Below are positions 1 through 16,635 of a DNA stretch of 64,000 nucleotides, one piece after another. The first letter of the stretch is position 1; each line of letters begins with the position of its first letter. The DNA comes from the human T2T-CHM13v2.0 reference genome, Homo sapiens: assembly GCF_009914755.1 (NCBI RefSeq), contig NC_060925.1, one strand, 5' to 3'. A model generated the notes under the pieces. It made no database searches and had not been told where the DNA came from. It saw only the letters and a program-made list of their open reading frames with translations. Position numbers and translations under genes: made by a program.

Positions 1-349
1 TTTCCTTGTTCTGGGGTCCCAGGAACATGGGGGCAGCCACAAGTAAGACATCAGTTGTTCCATCCCTATCTGTATCCAATGGGCAGAGCTCACTGCCAAA
101 GTATGAACCAATCTGGGGAATGGTGGGTGATGATGACCCCAGAGAAAAGGGAAGGTAACTGTAGACAAGTGGACTCAGTGGGAAGCACTCACCAGCCTGC
201 TAGTCTGCTCCTTACATCCCTGACAGACTCTGCCAACCAGAATTCCGCACAGACTTTGGAGGCCTCTCTCTTACCCACTTCACACTCCTCCCCAACAGCC
301 CAGAGGTCCCTGGGAATCCAAAGGTCCCACCCTTCCTTGGATGCCCTAC

Positions 350-498
350 CTGCTCCCCCTGGAGGCTCTGGGCAACCCTCACAGCCCCATCTTTCTTAAG
401 CTGGAAGGCGATGACTTTTCCTCGATGTCTAAATCGAGGAGCCCCAGAGAGAAACAGGCGGCGTCCACCCCGCAAAAGCATGGAAGAAACAGAGTAAC
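350..498 (-). CDS. ITGA10: ITGA10 exon 12 (YSVSS...GAPRFRHRGKV); gene continues beyond left edge
   Basis: 149 nt, GAPR motif, cumulative 1443 nt in frame. Confidence 0.94.
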
Positions 499-710
499 CT
501 AGAAGTGGGCAAAGTAACAGAGGTAAAGGAAAAGAAGATGGGGTCCAGAGTAGGGGGGTTCCCTAAAGGCATAGCAGGAGGTCCCAAGGGAAGTAGCCAG
601 AGGTCAGTGAGAAACCGCATGAGTTAAGAGGGAGTATTTCATACCCGCCCCCACTAGGGATGTATTTCCTCCCCTACCCTGTAAGTCCTCTGCAACTCTC
701 TGCTGCTCAC

Positions 711-855
711 CCAGGTAGGCTGCATGGTTCTGCAATGCAGGGGGGAACTCGTCTTCCAGTGCCATTCGTGGGGGGAAAAGGCGGTGGCCTCCTTCAAGCC
801 ATAGCACAGAGCCTCCCCAGTCATAGGCCCCCACCATCCCAAAAAGAATCCCATC
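711..855 (-). CDS. ITGA10: ITGA10 exon 11 (GMVGAYDWGG...AYLG)
   Basis: 145 nt, VGAYDW FG-GAP motif. Confidence 0.95.
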
Positions 856-1079
856 CTGTGGGACAGAAGCAGATGGGGTCACTGAGAAGACAGTGGGGAA
901 TAAAGAGAAAAAAAACGTTCCAGGAGTGAAAAGATCACTGAGGGTCTGCTGGGCTCAGTTGGAAAGGCATGGGAAGGTGAGCATGGAGGCTGGTTAAAGG
1001 AGGAATCTGGAGGGCCCTGTGGTTGAAGTTATCTGAGTCAGAGAATGGGAGAAGTAATGAAGGGGTCAATCTGTCCAAC

Positions 1080-1153
1080 CTTTAGCCGATGAGTGGAGAA
1101 ACCAATCTGAGACATTTCCAGCCCAAAGGAGCTTTCGTTTTCTGCATGGGACC
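1080..1153 (-). CDS. ITGA10: ITGA10 exon 10 (SFGLEMSQIGFS)
   Basis: 74 nt, LEMSQxGFS motif. Confidence 0.93.
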
Positions 1154-1287
1154 CTTGGTCATGAGAAAACATTGAGACAATATCAGGGGAAGACAGTTTC
1201 CCCTTTGACCTACTGAACTCACTCCAGAGCCCCACCTACACTCCAGAACTTCTCCCGCCCTGTCCATTTCTCCAGAGTAATCCTCAC

Positions 1288-1453
1288 CTTCAAGGCCAAA
1301 AATCCGATCTCCTAGTGCATCCACAATGTCAGTCAGAGCAGCCTCATCTGTGACATTGAAGAAGAATCGCTCATCTGGATCACTGGCAATAGTTCTAATT
1401 TCTCTCAGGAAAGAGCTGGGATCTCGCTGCCGCCGGAGGTAGTGACCAAGGAC
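1288..1453 (-). CDS. ITGA10: ITGA10 exon 9 (I domain end, IASDPDERFFFNV...IFGLEG)
   Basis: 166 nt, splice sites and phase consistent. Confidence 0.95.
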
Positions 1454-1644
1454 CTAAGAGGTCATAAGATCAAGGAATGAGGCATTAGAGTTGGTACAGA
1501 ACACAGCCAACTAACATGCTGTGGCTGAAGTCTGGGAAGTAGTTAATGCCCTTGTTTTCCTCAAGTTCCCAGTCCTTGGACAGTTCACAAGACACTGCCC
1601 CCCTGCCACTCCCCAACTCTTCCAGATCCAGGGTGAATTCTCAC

Positions 1645-1795
1645 TGCAATCCCATAGCGTGTCACTCTTCCAGCCTCACAGGCCTTTAGTGCTGCAGGAA
1701 GCTCCTCTCCATCATGGGACTCTCCATCAGTGACAACCACCAGTAGCCTGGCAGCCTCGGGTCGGCCCCCATGGGACTGACTGAACCCTTCTGTG
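1645..1795 (-). CDS. ITGA10: ITGA10 exon 8 (I domain, VVVTDGESHD)
   Basis: 151 nt, TDGES MIDAS Asp motif. Confidence 0.96.
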
Positions 1796-1835
1796 CTGAG
1801 AAGAGAAAGGAGTGAGGTGAGATCAGATGTATGCA

Positions 1836-1836
<1 letters not shown>

Positions 1837-1883
<47 letters not shown>
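1837..1883. repeat. (AC)~23 microsatellite in ITGA10 intron 7
   Basis: Direct reading. Confidence 0.97.
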
Positions 1884-1885
<2 letters not shown>

Positions 1886-2482
1886 ATTTAACATCAGCAC
1901 TTCCCTGAGGTCAGGCATCTTGCCTTTTAGGCCATTTCCTGAGTATTTAACATGGAGATGGCATGGAGTGAGAGCTCAAATGTTTGAAGGTCATAGAACA
2001 TACAGAGTAGCTTATCAGTCCAAATAAGTACAACGTTCATACACTCAGATTCATTCAACAAATATTGCACTTGGGAGGGGAAATATCGATGAAATATAGA
2101 ACGGAAAAGAATGATCTGGGCAGGGACTCCTCCCAGAGATGAGTTGTTTTGTTTTGTTTCAATTTTACCACCGTGCCCCTAGAGATGAGTTTTGGATCAT
2201 GTTTGGAACGTGGGCTAGGACATCAGTAGTGGAGAACCTGTGGGCCAGGATCATTGTTGGAGTGGAGGGATAGAAAGAGACTTCTGTCTGTGAAATATGG
2301 AGAGACACAGACATAGATACTTTGTAGAAATGCAGTGAGAGGGAGTACAATGACAGCCCACTTAGCCTTCCTCTTTGTACCATTAGTGTACATACAAAGA
2401 AAGTATGCAAGACATCTTGGGATATACACACTGCACTCCAAACCTGCCCTAACTCTTCTTCTTCTTCTTTTTTTTTTTTTAA

Positions 2483-2641
<159 letters not shown>

Positions 2642-2867
2642 TGAACAGGCATGCGCCACCATGCCTGGCTAATTTTGTATTTTTAGTAGAGATGGGGTTT
2701 CTCCATGTTGGTCAGGCTGGTCTCGAACTCCTGACCTCAGGTGATCCGCCTGCCTTGCCTCCCAAAGTGCTGGGATTACAGGCGTGAGCCACCATGCCTG
2801 GCCCCGCCCTAACTCTTCTAAGCCTTCATTGCTCTAGCCTCCCACACCTGTCTTCCCAATGCCTCAC

Positions 2868-3016
2868 CAGGCCACCATTATTGCTTGGGCAGTCTTTGTT
2901 TCTCGTCCCTCCCGCCGACTGAGGTTCTTTGCTGCTCTCACCACTTCTTCCTTCGTTCGGAAATCTCCCAGGGACCACTCATGTACAGGGCTCTCCCCAT
3001 ACTGTACCAGTCCCAC
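2868..3016 (-). CDS. ITGA10: ITGA10 exon 7 (I domain, VGLVQYGE)
   Basis: 149 nt, splice sites and phase consistent. Confidence 0.95.
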
Positions 3017-3499
3017 CTGGGAATAAAGCGCATTCAAATGAAATGTATGTATGTGAGATGGGGGGAGAGGAGGAAGAAGAAAGTATATAAGAGAGGAGAG
3101 ATGAACACCTGGATACTACTGAAGACAACACCTACATTTATCCCCTCTCTCTCTGTCTCTCCCCTTCCAAGCCCATCCATATTGCCTTTCTCTCTCTCTC
3201 TAAGAAATGAGGTCTCACTCTTTCACCCAGGCTGGAGTGCAGTTGTGTGATCAAAGCTCACTACAGCCTCAAACTCCTGGGCTCAACTGATCTCTTGCCT
3301 CAGCCTCCTGAGTAGCTGGGACTGTAGGCGCATGCCACCATGCCTGGCTATTTTTTTTTTCTTTCATATTTTTAGAGATGAGGTCTCACTGTATTGCCCA
3401 GGCTAGTCTTGAACTCCTGGCCTCAGGGGATCCTCCCACCTCCACCTCTTAAGTAGGTGCCACAAGCAACTGTGCCCAGCTCATATTGCCTTCTCTTAC

Positions 3500-3627
3500 C
3501 TGTATCTGTTCTGGGTCAATAAACAGTTTCCCTACCAGTCTTCGTAGGAAGGTCTGAACTTCAGACCAGGGGTAGATGCTGTTGGAGCCATCCAAGACAA
3601 TGACAACATCCATGTATGTTGGGCAGC
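3500..3627 (-). CDS. ITGA10: ITGA10 exon 6 (I/VWA domain start, MIDAS DGSNS)
   Basis: 128 nt, DVVIVLDGSNSIYPW = DxSxS MIDAS motif. Confidence 0.97.
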
Positions 3628-4060
3628 CTAGAAGGAAGGGGAACACTGAGGTAGAGGACACTGAGCTGGGGGCAACAAGGGAAAGAGGTCACAGGAGGAC
3701 ACATTCAATTTAGACATTTATAAGGCACTTCTTACATGCAAAGAAGGTACTGTGCCAGGCTCTGTGTAAGTGTAGAAATTAATAAAATATTCCTTTAGTA
3801 ATCTTTAGTAATTGTGTGTATGTAAGTATACATATAAATGTATATATATGTATATATGTATATATAGGTATATAAACACACACACCTACACATTTATATA
3901 CATAGATATAATTTATATATACAATGTTCTAAAAAACAAGAAGGAATTAAATGCTATGTAGGAACATAGCAATGACTGTATGGTGGGGGAACAAAAGCAG
4001 AGTGGTTCTGATGGTGAGGAATGAAACATGGTAGCAACTATGAAGACTGAAAATGTTTAA

Positions 4061-4300
<240 letters not shown>

Positions 4301-4904
4301 TAGCCAGGATGGTCTCGATCTCCTGACCTCGTGATCCACTGGCCTCGGCCTCCCAAAGTGCTGGGATTACAGGCGTGAGCCACCACGCCTGGCCCATTTT
4401 GTTTGTTTTTGAGACAGAGTCTCACTCTGTCGCCCAGGCTGGAGTGTAGTGGCATAATCATGGCTCACTGCAGCCTGGACCACCTGGGCTCAAGTGATCC
4501 TCCCACCTTGGCCTCCTGAGTAGCTGGGACCACAGGCATGCACCACCATACCCAGCTAATTTTTTTATTTTTTATTTTTGTAGAGATGGGGTCTCTCTAT
4601 GTTGCCCAGGCTGGTCTCAAACCTCCAGACCTCAAGCAATCCTCCTGCGTTGGCCTCCCAAAATGTTGGGATTACAGGCATGAGTTACTGTGCCAGGCCA
4701 GATCATGGACTCCTGATAAGGAGTCTGAATTATTATTATTATTATTTTTGAGATGGAGTCTCGCTTACTCTGTCACCCACGCTAGAGTGCAGAGGCACAA
4801 TCTTGGCTCACCGCAACCTCCACCTCCTGGGTTGAAGTGAGAGTCTCCTGTCTTAGCCTCCCGAGTAGATGAGATTACAGGCATGCACTAGCGCACCCAG
4901 CTAA

Positions 4905-5051
<147 letters not shown>

Positions 5052-5209
5052 TGAATCTGTTAGGAAACATGGAGCTTTTGCAAGCACATTAGGTAGCAAT
5101 GAGGATAGCCATGCAGGCCCTTTGCCAGGCATCATACCGCTTTGCCCCATCTTTTTCCCACCCAGTATCTCCTTCTGGGAACCAAGTACTCAGCCTTCCT
5201 CTGGCTCAC

Positions 5210-5324
5210 GTTGGGCAGTGGGTGCCAGGCTTCCCTGAGGCTGGAATGAAGCATCCACACGGGCACATATCCCAGAACTGAAGACAGAGCTGCCACAAGC
5301 ACGAGACCAGAGAGGGGCACAGGC
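5210..5324 (-). CDS. ITGA10: ITGA10 exon 5 (ACAPLWSRACGSSVFSSGIC)
   Basis: 115 nt, ACAPLW motif typical of integrin alpha chains. Confidence 0.93.
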
Positions 5325-5548
5325 CTGGGGATGGGGGAAATAGTTACTCCCAGGCTTGGGAGGGCACCCTCAGAACATGCTCCCAGTTGAAGGAGGCATG
5401 AAGACTACTCCCTGACATTACCTACCTTTTGCTTTCTAGGGTTTTTAACTCCTTGACCCCTCCACACAGACCATTTTCCCTTACCACACTTCTCTTTTTT
5501 CTTTTATGGACCTTCAGAGACACTGCCACCACCCTCTCCTTAGCTCAC

Positions 5549-5640
5549 CATGAATCCCCCATCACCATCTGTCTCTAACAGAGACATCCCCAGGTGCATA
5601 TTCACAGCAGGATGAGATGAATTTCCCAGTTGGTAGTCAC
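5549..5640 (-). CDS. ITGA10: ITGA10 exon 4 (DYQLGNSSHPAVNMHLGMSL)
   Basis: 92 nt, AG/GT boundaries, cumulative length 366 (phase 0). Confidence 0.92.
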
Positions 5641-5856
5641 CTGGTTGGAAGGAGGTGGAAGAGAATGAGATCATGGGGTCATAGATGGGGTGCTTGAATT
5701 CATGTGATTTTGGAGGAGAATGAGCAGGGATTGGTATCAGATTGGGGACAGGGAGTATGCGGATTTTAGGGGTGAAAAAGCTGAGGTATAGGGAGTTGAA
5801 GCTTCTAGAGTATCAAAGTCAGGGGTTAGGAGGAGAAGGGTCAGGCATCTTCTCAC

Positions 5857-5966
5857 CTAAGTGGCCCTTGGCACATGGGGCATTGTGGGCCCCCCCTACA
5901 GGGCAGCGATAAACGTCCCCCCTCCGGTCGCCTGAAGGCCCATCCCAGGGGGCGCCCACCAGCATC
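5857..5966 (-). CDS. ITGA10: ITGA10 exon 3 (MLVGAPWDGPSGDRRGDVYRCP)
   Basis: 110 nt, LVGAP motif, splice sites and phase consistent. Confidence 0.95.
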
Positions 5967-6169
5967 CTGGGAAGAGGATGTGAATGTAAGTAAGCACAGG
6001 GCAAACATGACCCTTGACATAGGCCAAAGGGAAAGAGCATGGAGGTGGTAAGTTTAGAGCCCCAGCCACTTTCAAAAGACCAGATTAGTTTAGAGTCCCA
6101 TCTATCTTGCCTCCCCTTTGTTAGCACTACTGCAGTCCCAATCCCCTGGCACTCCGGTTTCTTCCTCAC

Positions 6170-6281
6170 CATCGCTGTCCACCCCCAACATGTTGTAAGA
6201 CACTGTATCCAAATTCAGCTTCTGGTGGCCCTGGGAATAGGCGTGGGTGATGTTCATCCAGGTTAAAGGGGGAGCAGAGAC
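6170..6281 (-). CDS. ITGA10: ITGA10 exon 2 (FNLDEHHPRLFPGPPEAEFGYSV, FG-GAP 1)
   Basis: AG/GT-bounded 112 nt; integrin alpha mature N-terminus FNLD and FGYSV motif. Confidence 0.95.
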
Positions 6282-6571
6282 CTGTGGGGTCAGGATCATA
6301 ATGTTAGTATGAGGTAGTGAATGGCTAGAGGCACAGCCCGAGAGAAGCTGTGAGGAAGCGTCTTAATCTCAGTCTGCCTGCCTGCTTTTTCACTCATAAG
6401 CTTTTCTGGCCTCTCTCAGTGTCATGTACTCAGAGCTCCAGGCAAAGATGATTCCCTTCCTGTGTTTGTGTCCAGATGCCTAAACTGTGGCCCTCTGCCA
6501 TGCTGATGTACAGCTGTATTTCCATTCCCACCCCTGAAATTTCATTCACAGACATGTCTGAAAAGGTCAAG

Positions 6572-6575
<4 letters not shown>

Positions 6576-6606
<31 letters not shown>

Positions 6607-6884
6607 AGACGGAGTCTCTCTGTCGCCCAGGCTGGAGTGCAGTGGCGTGATCTCGGCTTACTGCAGGCTCCGCCCCCCTGGGTTCACGCCATTCTCCTGC
6701 CTCAGCCTCCCGTGTAGCTGGCACTACAGGCGCCTGCCACCTCGCCCGGCTAATTTTTCTTATTTTTAGTAGAGACGGAGTTTCACCGTGTTAGCCAGGA
6801 TGGTCTCGATCTCCTGACCTCATGATCCGCCCGCCTCGGCCTCCCAAAGTGCTGGGATTACAGGCGTGAGCCACCGCGCCTGGC
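6576..6884 (-). mobile_element. AluY-like element with long pure A tail
   Basis: CpG-rich, about T30, AluY diagnostics (CCGTGTTAGCCAGGATGG). Confidence 0.92.
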
Positions 6885-7836
6885 TACTCTTTTCCACAAC
6901 ATTCCTTCCACACACTCTCCTCAACAAACTGTGAGGGTCAAAAGAGGGAGAGGGCCTTTCTGTATCCCCAGAACAACCATTGCTTCCAATTCTCCCCAAA
7001 ATAGGGGGAATGAAAGGAAGCTAAGGAGCACTGCATGTCTGGCTCTCTCCTTCTCTATCTCTTCCTGACTTCCAGTGTCATTGTCACACTCTCACTGTCT
7101 TTTTCCAATGTCTAGGTCCCTGGTTGATTCCAGCCTTGGAAATCTCAGTGGTAATTAACTGGGTGGGGCCACTCGCCTGCCCACACACATAGTTTGCCAT
7201 CCATCCTTTCCAAGGGTCCCATCATCCTGAAGTTTCCCACAACCTGCTTCCTTTTTAACTAATCTACTCTCCCAACTGGTCCCCTACCTACCTCCATGGT
7301 TTCCTCAGCCTTCAGCCCATTCTAAAGGTGCCCGACCCTAGCTAATCTTCCCTTTTGACCCCAATGCCTTTAAAATCAGAGCTGGTATTTTAGGAAACAA
7401 TGATTACAGGGCACTGCCAAGGAAAAATTCCAGGCCTCTTGTCCTTCCCATGGTCCTTTCCCCAACTATGTCTTGCTCTGTACTTCTAAGCAACCCCCTC
7501 TCAGGCTACCCCCTCACCATTACCAATGGCTATAGCTTTATCCCAAACCATGCTCATTTTCAGAAAGGTGTTTAGTATGTGAGCAGTTTTGCATCCAGAA
7601 AACTGGCAGGGCTGTATGACCAGAAACTGCAGCTCATTGGTTAGATAAACCCAGAGTTCTGACCACATAGTTAGTCAGTTATGCCTCAGGCCCCAGGGAC
7701 CACCAAGGGTAAGAAGTTAGGGAGGGGATAATAGGAATCAGACTAGCCACGTGGAAGGTCACATCACATTTCTTTTTTGTCTCCTTACCCCTATAGGGCT
7801 TAGGATGAAGATTTTATATATTTAGATACAAATCTC

Positions 7837-8232
7837 AGCCAAGCATGGTGGCTCATGCCTATAATCCCGGCACTTTGGGTGGCTGTCGGGGGCGGATTGC
7901 TTGAGTCCAGGAGTTAAAGACCAGCCTGGCCAACATAGCAAAACTCTGTCTCTAAAAAAAAAAAAATTAGCCAGGCGTGGTAGCACACGCCTATAGTCCC
8001 AGCTACTCGGGAGGCTAAGGTGGAAGGATCACCTCAGCCTGGGAGGTTGAGGCTAGAGTGAGCCATGATCATGCCACTGCACTCCAGCTTGAATGACAGA
8101 GTGAGACCCTGTTTCAAAAAAAAAAATTAGCTGTGCGTGGTGGCGCGTACCTAGTAGTCCCAACTACTGAGCTGTGGTTGCACCACTGCACTCCAGCCTA
8201 GACAACAAAGTGAGACCCTATCTTTAAAAAAT
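7837..8232 (+). mobile_element. AluJ-like element with an extra partial right arm
   Basis: Alu motifs; right-arm segment repeated after the first A tail. Confidence 0.8.
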
Positions 8233-8261
8233 AATAATAATTATTATATACAATATATAAC

Positions 8262-8520
8262 TATATAATATATAATTATGTTATATATTATATGTATATT
8301 ATATATAATATATAATTATGTTATATATTATATGTATATTATATATAATATATAATTATGTTATATATTATATGTATATTATATATAATATATAATTATG
8401 TTACATATTATATGTATATTATATATAATATATAATTATGTTATATATTATATGTATATTATATATAATATATAATTGTTATATATTATATGTATATTAT
8501 ATATAATATATAATTATACA
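8262..8520. repeat. AT-rich minisatellite, 40-bp unit x ~6.3, ITGA10 intron 1
   Basis: Unit ttatatattatatgtatattatatataatatataattatg repeated near-perfectly from 8281. Confidence 0.95.
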
Positions 8521-8779
8521 ATTATATATTATATAATTATTAGATACAAATCTTACACAAGGTCCTAGGCAGCTTTAGCCCCTGCCAGTCTCAATATTCA
8601 AACAGTCATATGTGAGGGCATAAAAATGCACAAGGACACAGACACACATACAAGAAATGTACAACCAGTGTTCGCTTCCTAACCTAAATCCCAAAGAATT
8701 TTAACTATAATGGTCCCAATTCCAAACAATCTATGTATCTTCCATCCCCACCAGAAACCAAGAAGTTAACTTCCCTCAC

Positions 8780-8831
8780 CTGTCAGGAACACCAGGGGCA
8801 AGAACAGGTGAGTGACGAAGGGGAGTTCCAT
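8780..8831 (-). CDS. ITGA10: Integrin alpha-10 exon 1 (signal peptide MELPFVTHLFLPLVFLT)
   Basis: ATG at 8831-8829, 52 nt, followed by GTGAG donor; hydrophobic signal peptide; phase fits exon 2. Confidence 0.95.
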
Positions 8832-8934
8832 GCCTGATCGGTTTCTGTCCAGTATGAGAAGTCCTCTGGCCTCTGTCCCTCTCCTTTTCTGTTTTCTTCA
8901 CTTTCCCTCCCATCCTGCCCCCTCCCAATGGCAG

Positions 8935-8944
8935 CTAAAAATAA
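8935..8944. promoter_or_regulatory. MEF2-consensus site CTAAAAATAA in ITGA10 proximal promoter
   Basis: Matches YTA(A/T)4TAR about 105 bp upstream of the ATG; function untested. Confidence 0.4.
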
Positions 8945-9249
8945 AGTTGGAAGGAATGGGAGGAGTGATGGTGGGGAACTGTGGGGAGCCCCAGACCAAG
9001 GAAAACACTGAGCGATCTTAGTCTATTTCTCTGCCTTGGTGCTGCCCCCTGGAGGCCTCATCTCTATATCCAGAGAACATATTTTTTTGCCCATTTCTGC
9101 TATTTCTTTTTTTCTACTGTTTATTGTTGCCAGGTCAATAATGCTTTCCTCAAATTTGGAACAGGAGTGGGAGATGGATTCTTTTTTATAAGAAAAGAAT
9201 CTTAAACTTTTGTTTAAAAGTTTTAGACAAATTATTTATATTGAGAATA

Positions 9250-9719
<470 letters not shown>

Positions 9720-10184
9720 TGAAAGAGCTGATAGCAGTGGTATCATTTCCCTACCCACCCAGGGGAGTCTCAACTTGTGAAGACACAGCTCCAAATCCTT
9801 ACCAGCCCCACTCCACTTGGTTCTGTCCTTGGCTCTTAGCCTATGCTGTCATATGGCATTCTGCTTCTTAGAGGGATTATATCTGAACTGGTATGAGATG
9901 TGCTTTGTGGAGCCAGGACAATAACTTTAGTATTAGACCACTCCTCTGCCACCCCAACTCCTCAGCTAGGTTATAAACTTCTTAAAGTTGGGAGTGTGGA
10001 GCTTCTTAGATTTTTGGATGCCCACTAAGTATGTTGCTTTACATACTGTAGGTGCTCAAGAAAAATAATGTGGGTGATGTTAGTGGCTAATCCCGAGAAA
10101 AACCCAAACCACAGTGACAGGAATAGGGGCCTCAAATTACCAAAAAATGAGGGACCAGACCAAATGTCGATGAGCAAACTGAAC

Positions 10185-10190
10185 TTTAAT
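10185..10190 (-). terminator. PEX11B: Candidate PEX11B poly(A) signal ATTAAA
   Basis: ATTAAA about 790 nt after the stop, with U-rich sequence downstream. Confidence 0.55.
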
Positions 10191-10977
10191 TTGCTTACCT
10201 GAAAGGCTTGCTCTTCATTATTGGCATAGGCCACAGCTATTTACACAGAATCATTGTACAGGATTTACAGCAAGATGCTACACATAGCATCATTCTGGAT
10301 AAGCGACAAAGGAGTAAGAACAGACTGGGGAATAAAGCTCTGAAATCAAAGTGTAAGCAGAAATCTGAAGGTAGGTGTACAAGGAAGGATAAGGGCCAAA
10401 TGATGAGCGAGGTTGGTGAGGTAGACATAAGGGAGGAAGAGGAAACATCCAACAACTTGTGGTGCAGAGATATAAGGGAAGAGTCCACTGGCACATAGTC
10501 TTAAAAATTATGTTTGGAGTTTGAAGGAGGAAAAATCTGCCATAAGCCACCTCTGTGAGAAAAAAGAAGGCAGTTAGAACCTTACAGGCCAAACCTTATA
10601 CCTCCCCTATCAAAAAGTAATTCTGCTGATTAAATCCCTGGATAGGAGAATGAGAAGGTTGAAAAAAGAAAGAGAGAGATGCATAGACACAGAACCTTAA
10701 ACAGAGTTAAGAGACACAAAGTAAATATATTCAAGAGAGACACAAAGAAAGAGGAAAAGAACAGAAGCTCAGGCACATCTAGAAATTAGAGACATCCTAT
10801 TAACTTCACGAGTCATCTTTCCTTACCTCATCTTCCCCAAAGCTCTTCCTCCACCCCTAAATCTCTGAATTTCTAACTTTAACCAAAGAGTAGAATTCGA
10901 ATGAGGCTGGCACATGGGGGACGATCTAAGATTCCATCTCACCAATTCAGGTCCCCTCCTTATCCTGTACCGGAAGG

Positions 10978-11383
10978 TCAGGGCTTGAGTCGTAGCCAGG
11001 GATAGATTAGGGTGAGAATAGACAGGATGGAGGACACGAGGCCACAAAGCCCCACAATCCCAGGGCCACAGCGCCAGAGGCCTAGTTTGTCCAGAGGAAT
11101 GAAGAGATCACAGGCATTTCTGACCACGTCTAGCAGAAGTGGGGGATGACCTCTAAGGACTCGAGCCAGGAGCAGGACTTGCAGCCGAAGTTTCAGAGCC
11201 AGTTGGGGCAGACCTCCTCCTGGAGTCCCTGGTCCCCCAAGTCCCCCAGTTTCACTTCCTCCTGGGACTCCTCCTCCAGAACCTTTCAGTCGCCGGCTAC
11301 AAGCAGAAGACTCTTGCTCCATCAGTAGGCGAATCTCATAAGCATCACGGCTCAAATTCATGATGAGGGAAAACAAATAGTAC
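10978..11383 (-). CDS. PEX11B: PEX11B exon 4 (Gly-rich loop, C-terminal TM, ...WLRLKP*)
   Basis: 406 nt; total CDS 780 nt = 259 aa + stop. Confidence 0.97.
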
Positions 11384-11542
11384 CTGATACACAGAGCAAA
11401 AGGGTCAGTAAGGGCATGTATACCTACTTAACATATCCAACATCACATTTTAACATTTTCTTTTCCTGTAGCAAAGAGATTACACATTAGATCAGAAGTA
11501 AAGTGAATGCTATTACCCCTATTAGAAATGTCCTCCATCGAG

Positions 11543-12285
<743 letters not shown>

Positions 12286-12408
12286 ACAAAGTCCTCCCAA
12301 CATTCTGTAACTAATACATGTTTATGTGCACCTTAAGATCCTGGTTTAAACTCCATGAGCATCATGAAATCTTCCAAGGTCAATCTCAAATTTCATTTTC
12401 CACTTGGC

Positions 12409-12409
<1 letters not shown>

Positions 12410-12447
<38 letters not shown>
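12410..12447. repeat. (AC)~19 microsatellite in PEX11B intron 3
   Basis: Direct reading. Confidence 0.95.
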
Positions 12448-12450
<3 letters not shown>

Positions 12451-12719
12451 CCATCTCTCTCTCAACTTGACCTATAACAAGGCAAACTTGTTTTGAAAGA
12501 ACAAATTTCAGATGTCTCAGAGACTCAAACATATTAAAGGTGATCTAAATCCAATCCCTATTCCTTTAGAGGCCCAGAGGTTTAAGTAATTGCCAAATGT
12601 GTTAAATTATAAATTTCTTCAGTAAAAAATCCATGTTTTTTATTTGTAATCCAATCTGACAATGGTGGTCTGTACTCAATAACTTGTACTACCTTCAAAG
12701 TATATCCTGAACCCAACCA

Positions 12720-15350
<2,631 letters not shown>

Positions 15351-15635
15351 AGCAGGTAGTGAGGGGGAATAACCTGTGGTATAGAAGCACAATTAAAGTG
15401 ATATAATATCTTACCTTGCACAATATTAGTCATTCATTATGGAAGAGCATCTGTCTTCCATCTCTCCCCATTTGATATTCTCCGATAGTTTAAGATCTAA
15501 GTGATTGGAAGCCAAGTGACTGATCAAGACTTATATACTCTGGAAAGATCCTAAGATATCTTTCCCTCATATAAGACAAGCTATGCAATATAGAGGCTAC
15601 AAAAAAAAATCTTAAAGGAGAACAGGATATCAAAC

Positions 15636-15837
15636 CTGAATGAACGCTGGGCCCACTTCTCCTGATCCACACGGGGAGCCAGTCCAGACTTTCCAGCCCA
15701 CAGGACATTGTCACAGGCGAAGTACAAGGCTCGATTGAGGTGACTAACAGTGATGCAGAATCTCAGGACAACATCTGATAGGTGAACAGCTCTTTTGGCT
15801 GACTCAAGGGCATCTGCTGAGTTACCCAGGCGTAGAA
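15636..15837 (-). CDS. PEX11B: PEX11B exon 3 (LRLGN...WAQRSF)
   Basis: 202 nt, PEX11 amphipathic-helix region. Confidence 0.96.
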
Positions 15838-15967
15838 CTTGTGGAGATTAGAAAGGGAAAGCAAGGATTTGTAAGTGGAGAGGCAGATAACAAGAAACAG
15901 AAACAGAGAAAGCAAGAGGGCAAAAGTTGAGCAATAATAATGACAATTTTTTTAAAGAGCAGAAACA

Positions 15968-16262
15968 GGCTGGGCATGGTGGCTCAAGCCTGTAATCCCA
16001 ACATTTTGGGAGGCCGAGGTGGGTGGATCACCTGAGGTCACGAGTTTGAGACCAGCCTGGCCAACATGGTGTAACCCCATCTCTACTAAAAATACAAAAA
16101 TTAGCCCGGCATGGTGGTGGGCACCTGTAGTCCCAGCTGCTCAGGAGGCTGAGACAGGAGAATTGCTTGAACCTGGGAGGCAGAGGTTGCAGTGAGCCAA
16201 GATTGCGCCACTGCACTCTGACCTGGACGAGAGACTCTGTCTCAAAAAAATAAAAAATAAAG
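15968..16262 (+). mobile_element. AluS with TSD AAAGAGCAGAAACAG
   Basis: Alu motifs and TSD. Confidence 0.92.
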
Positions 16263-16519
16263 AGCAGAAACAGTCCATTTTTCAATTTCAAATTTAATTT
16301 TTGTGCCAGTTTAGTTTTCTCAAACTTGACCCATTCTCTCCAGTCCACCTAATTACTTCCATACCCCTGCTCTCTTATCTCAACTGGACTCATGCAGAGG
16401 GTAAGTGCAGAGCCAAATGAGAAAGAAGAACAGAGAGGGTACAGGAAGGAGGGACAAAGGAAGGTGAGCTGGGGATGGAGGAAAGGTTGGGGGATAAAAG
16501 GAAAGACAGAGTTACTTAC

Positions 16520-16635
16520 GCTTTCTTCCAAGGCTCAGGTGGCTCTCCAGTTGTCGAATCTGTTTCTGTAACTCAGGACTGGCTCCATGCCTCTGCAGCG
16601 CATGGCCAAGAAGAGAGCAAGCATACTGGGCGGCC
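16520..16635 (-). CDS. PEX11B: PEX11B exon 2 ([13 protein letters not shown]...LSLGRK)
   Basis: 116 nt, AG/GT boundaries, in phase. Confidence 0.96.

Noticed and set aside
8262-8520. Regular repeat array resembling CRISPR periodicity
   Set aside because: No unique spacers; eukaryotic AT minisatellite
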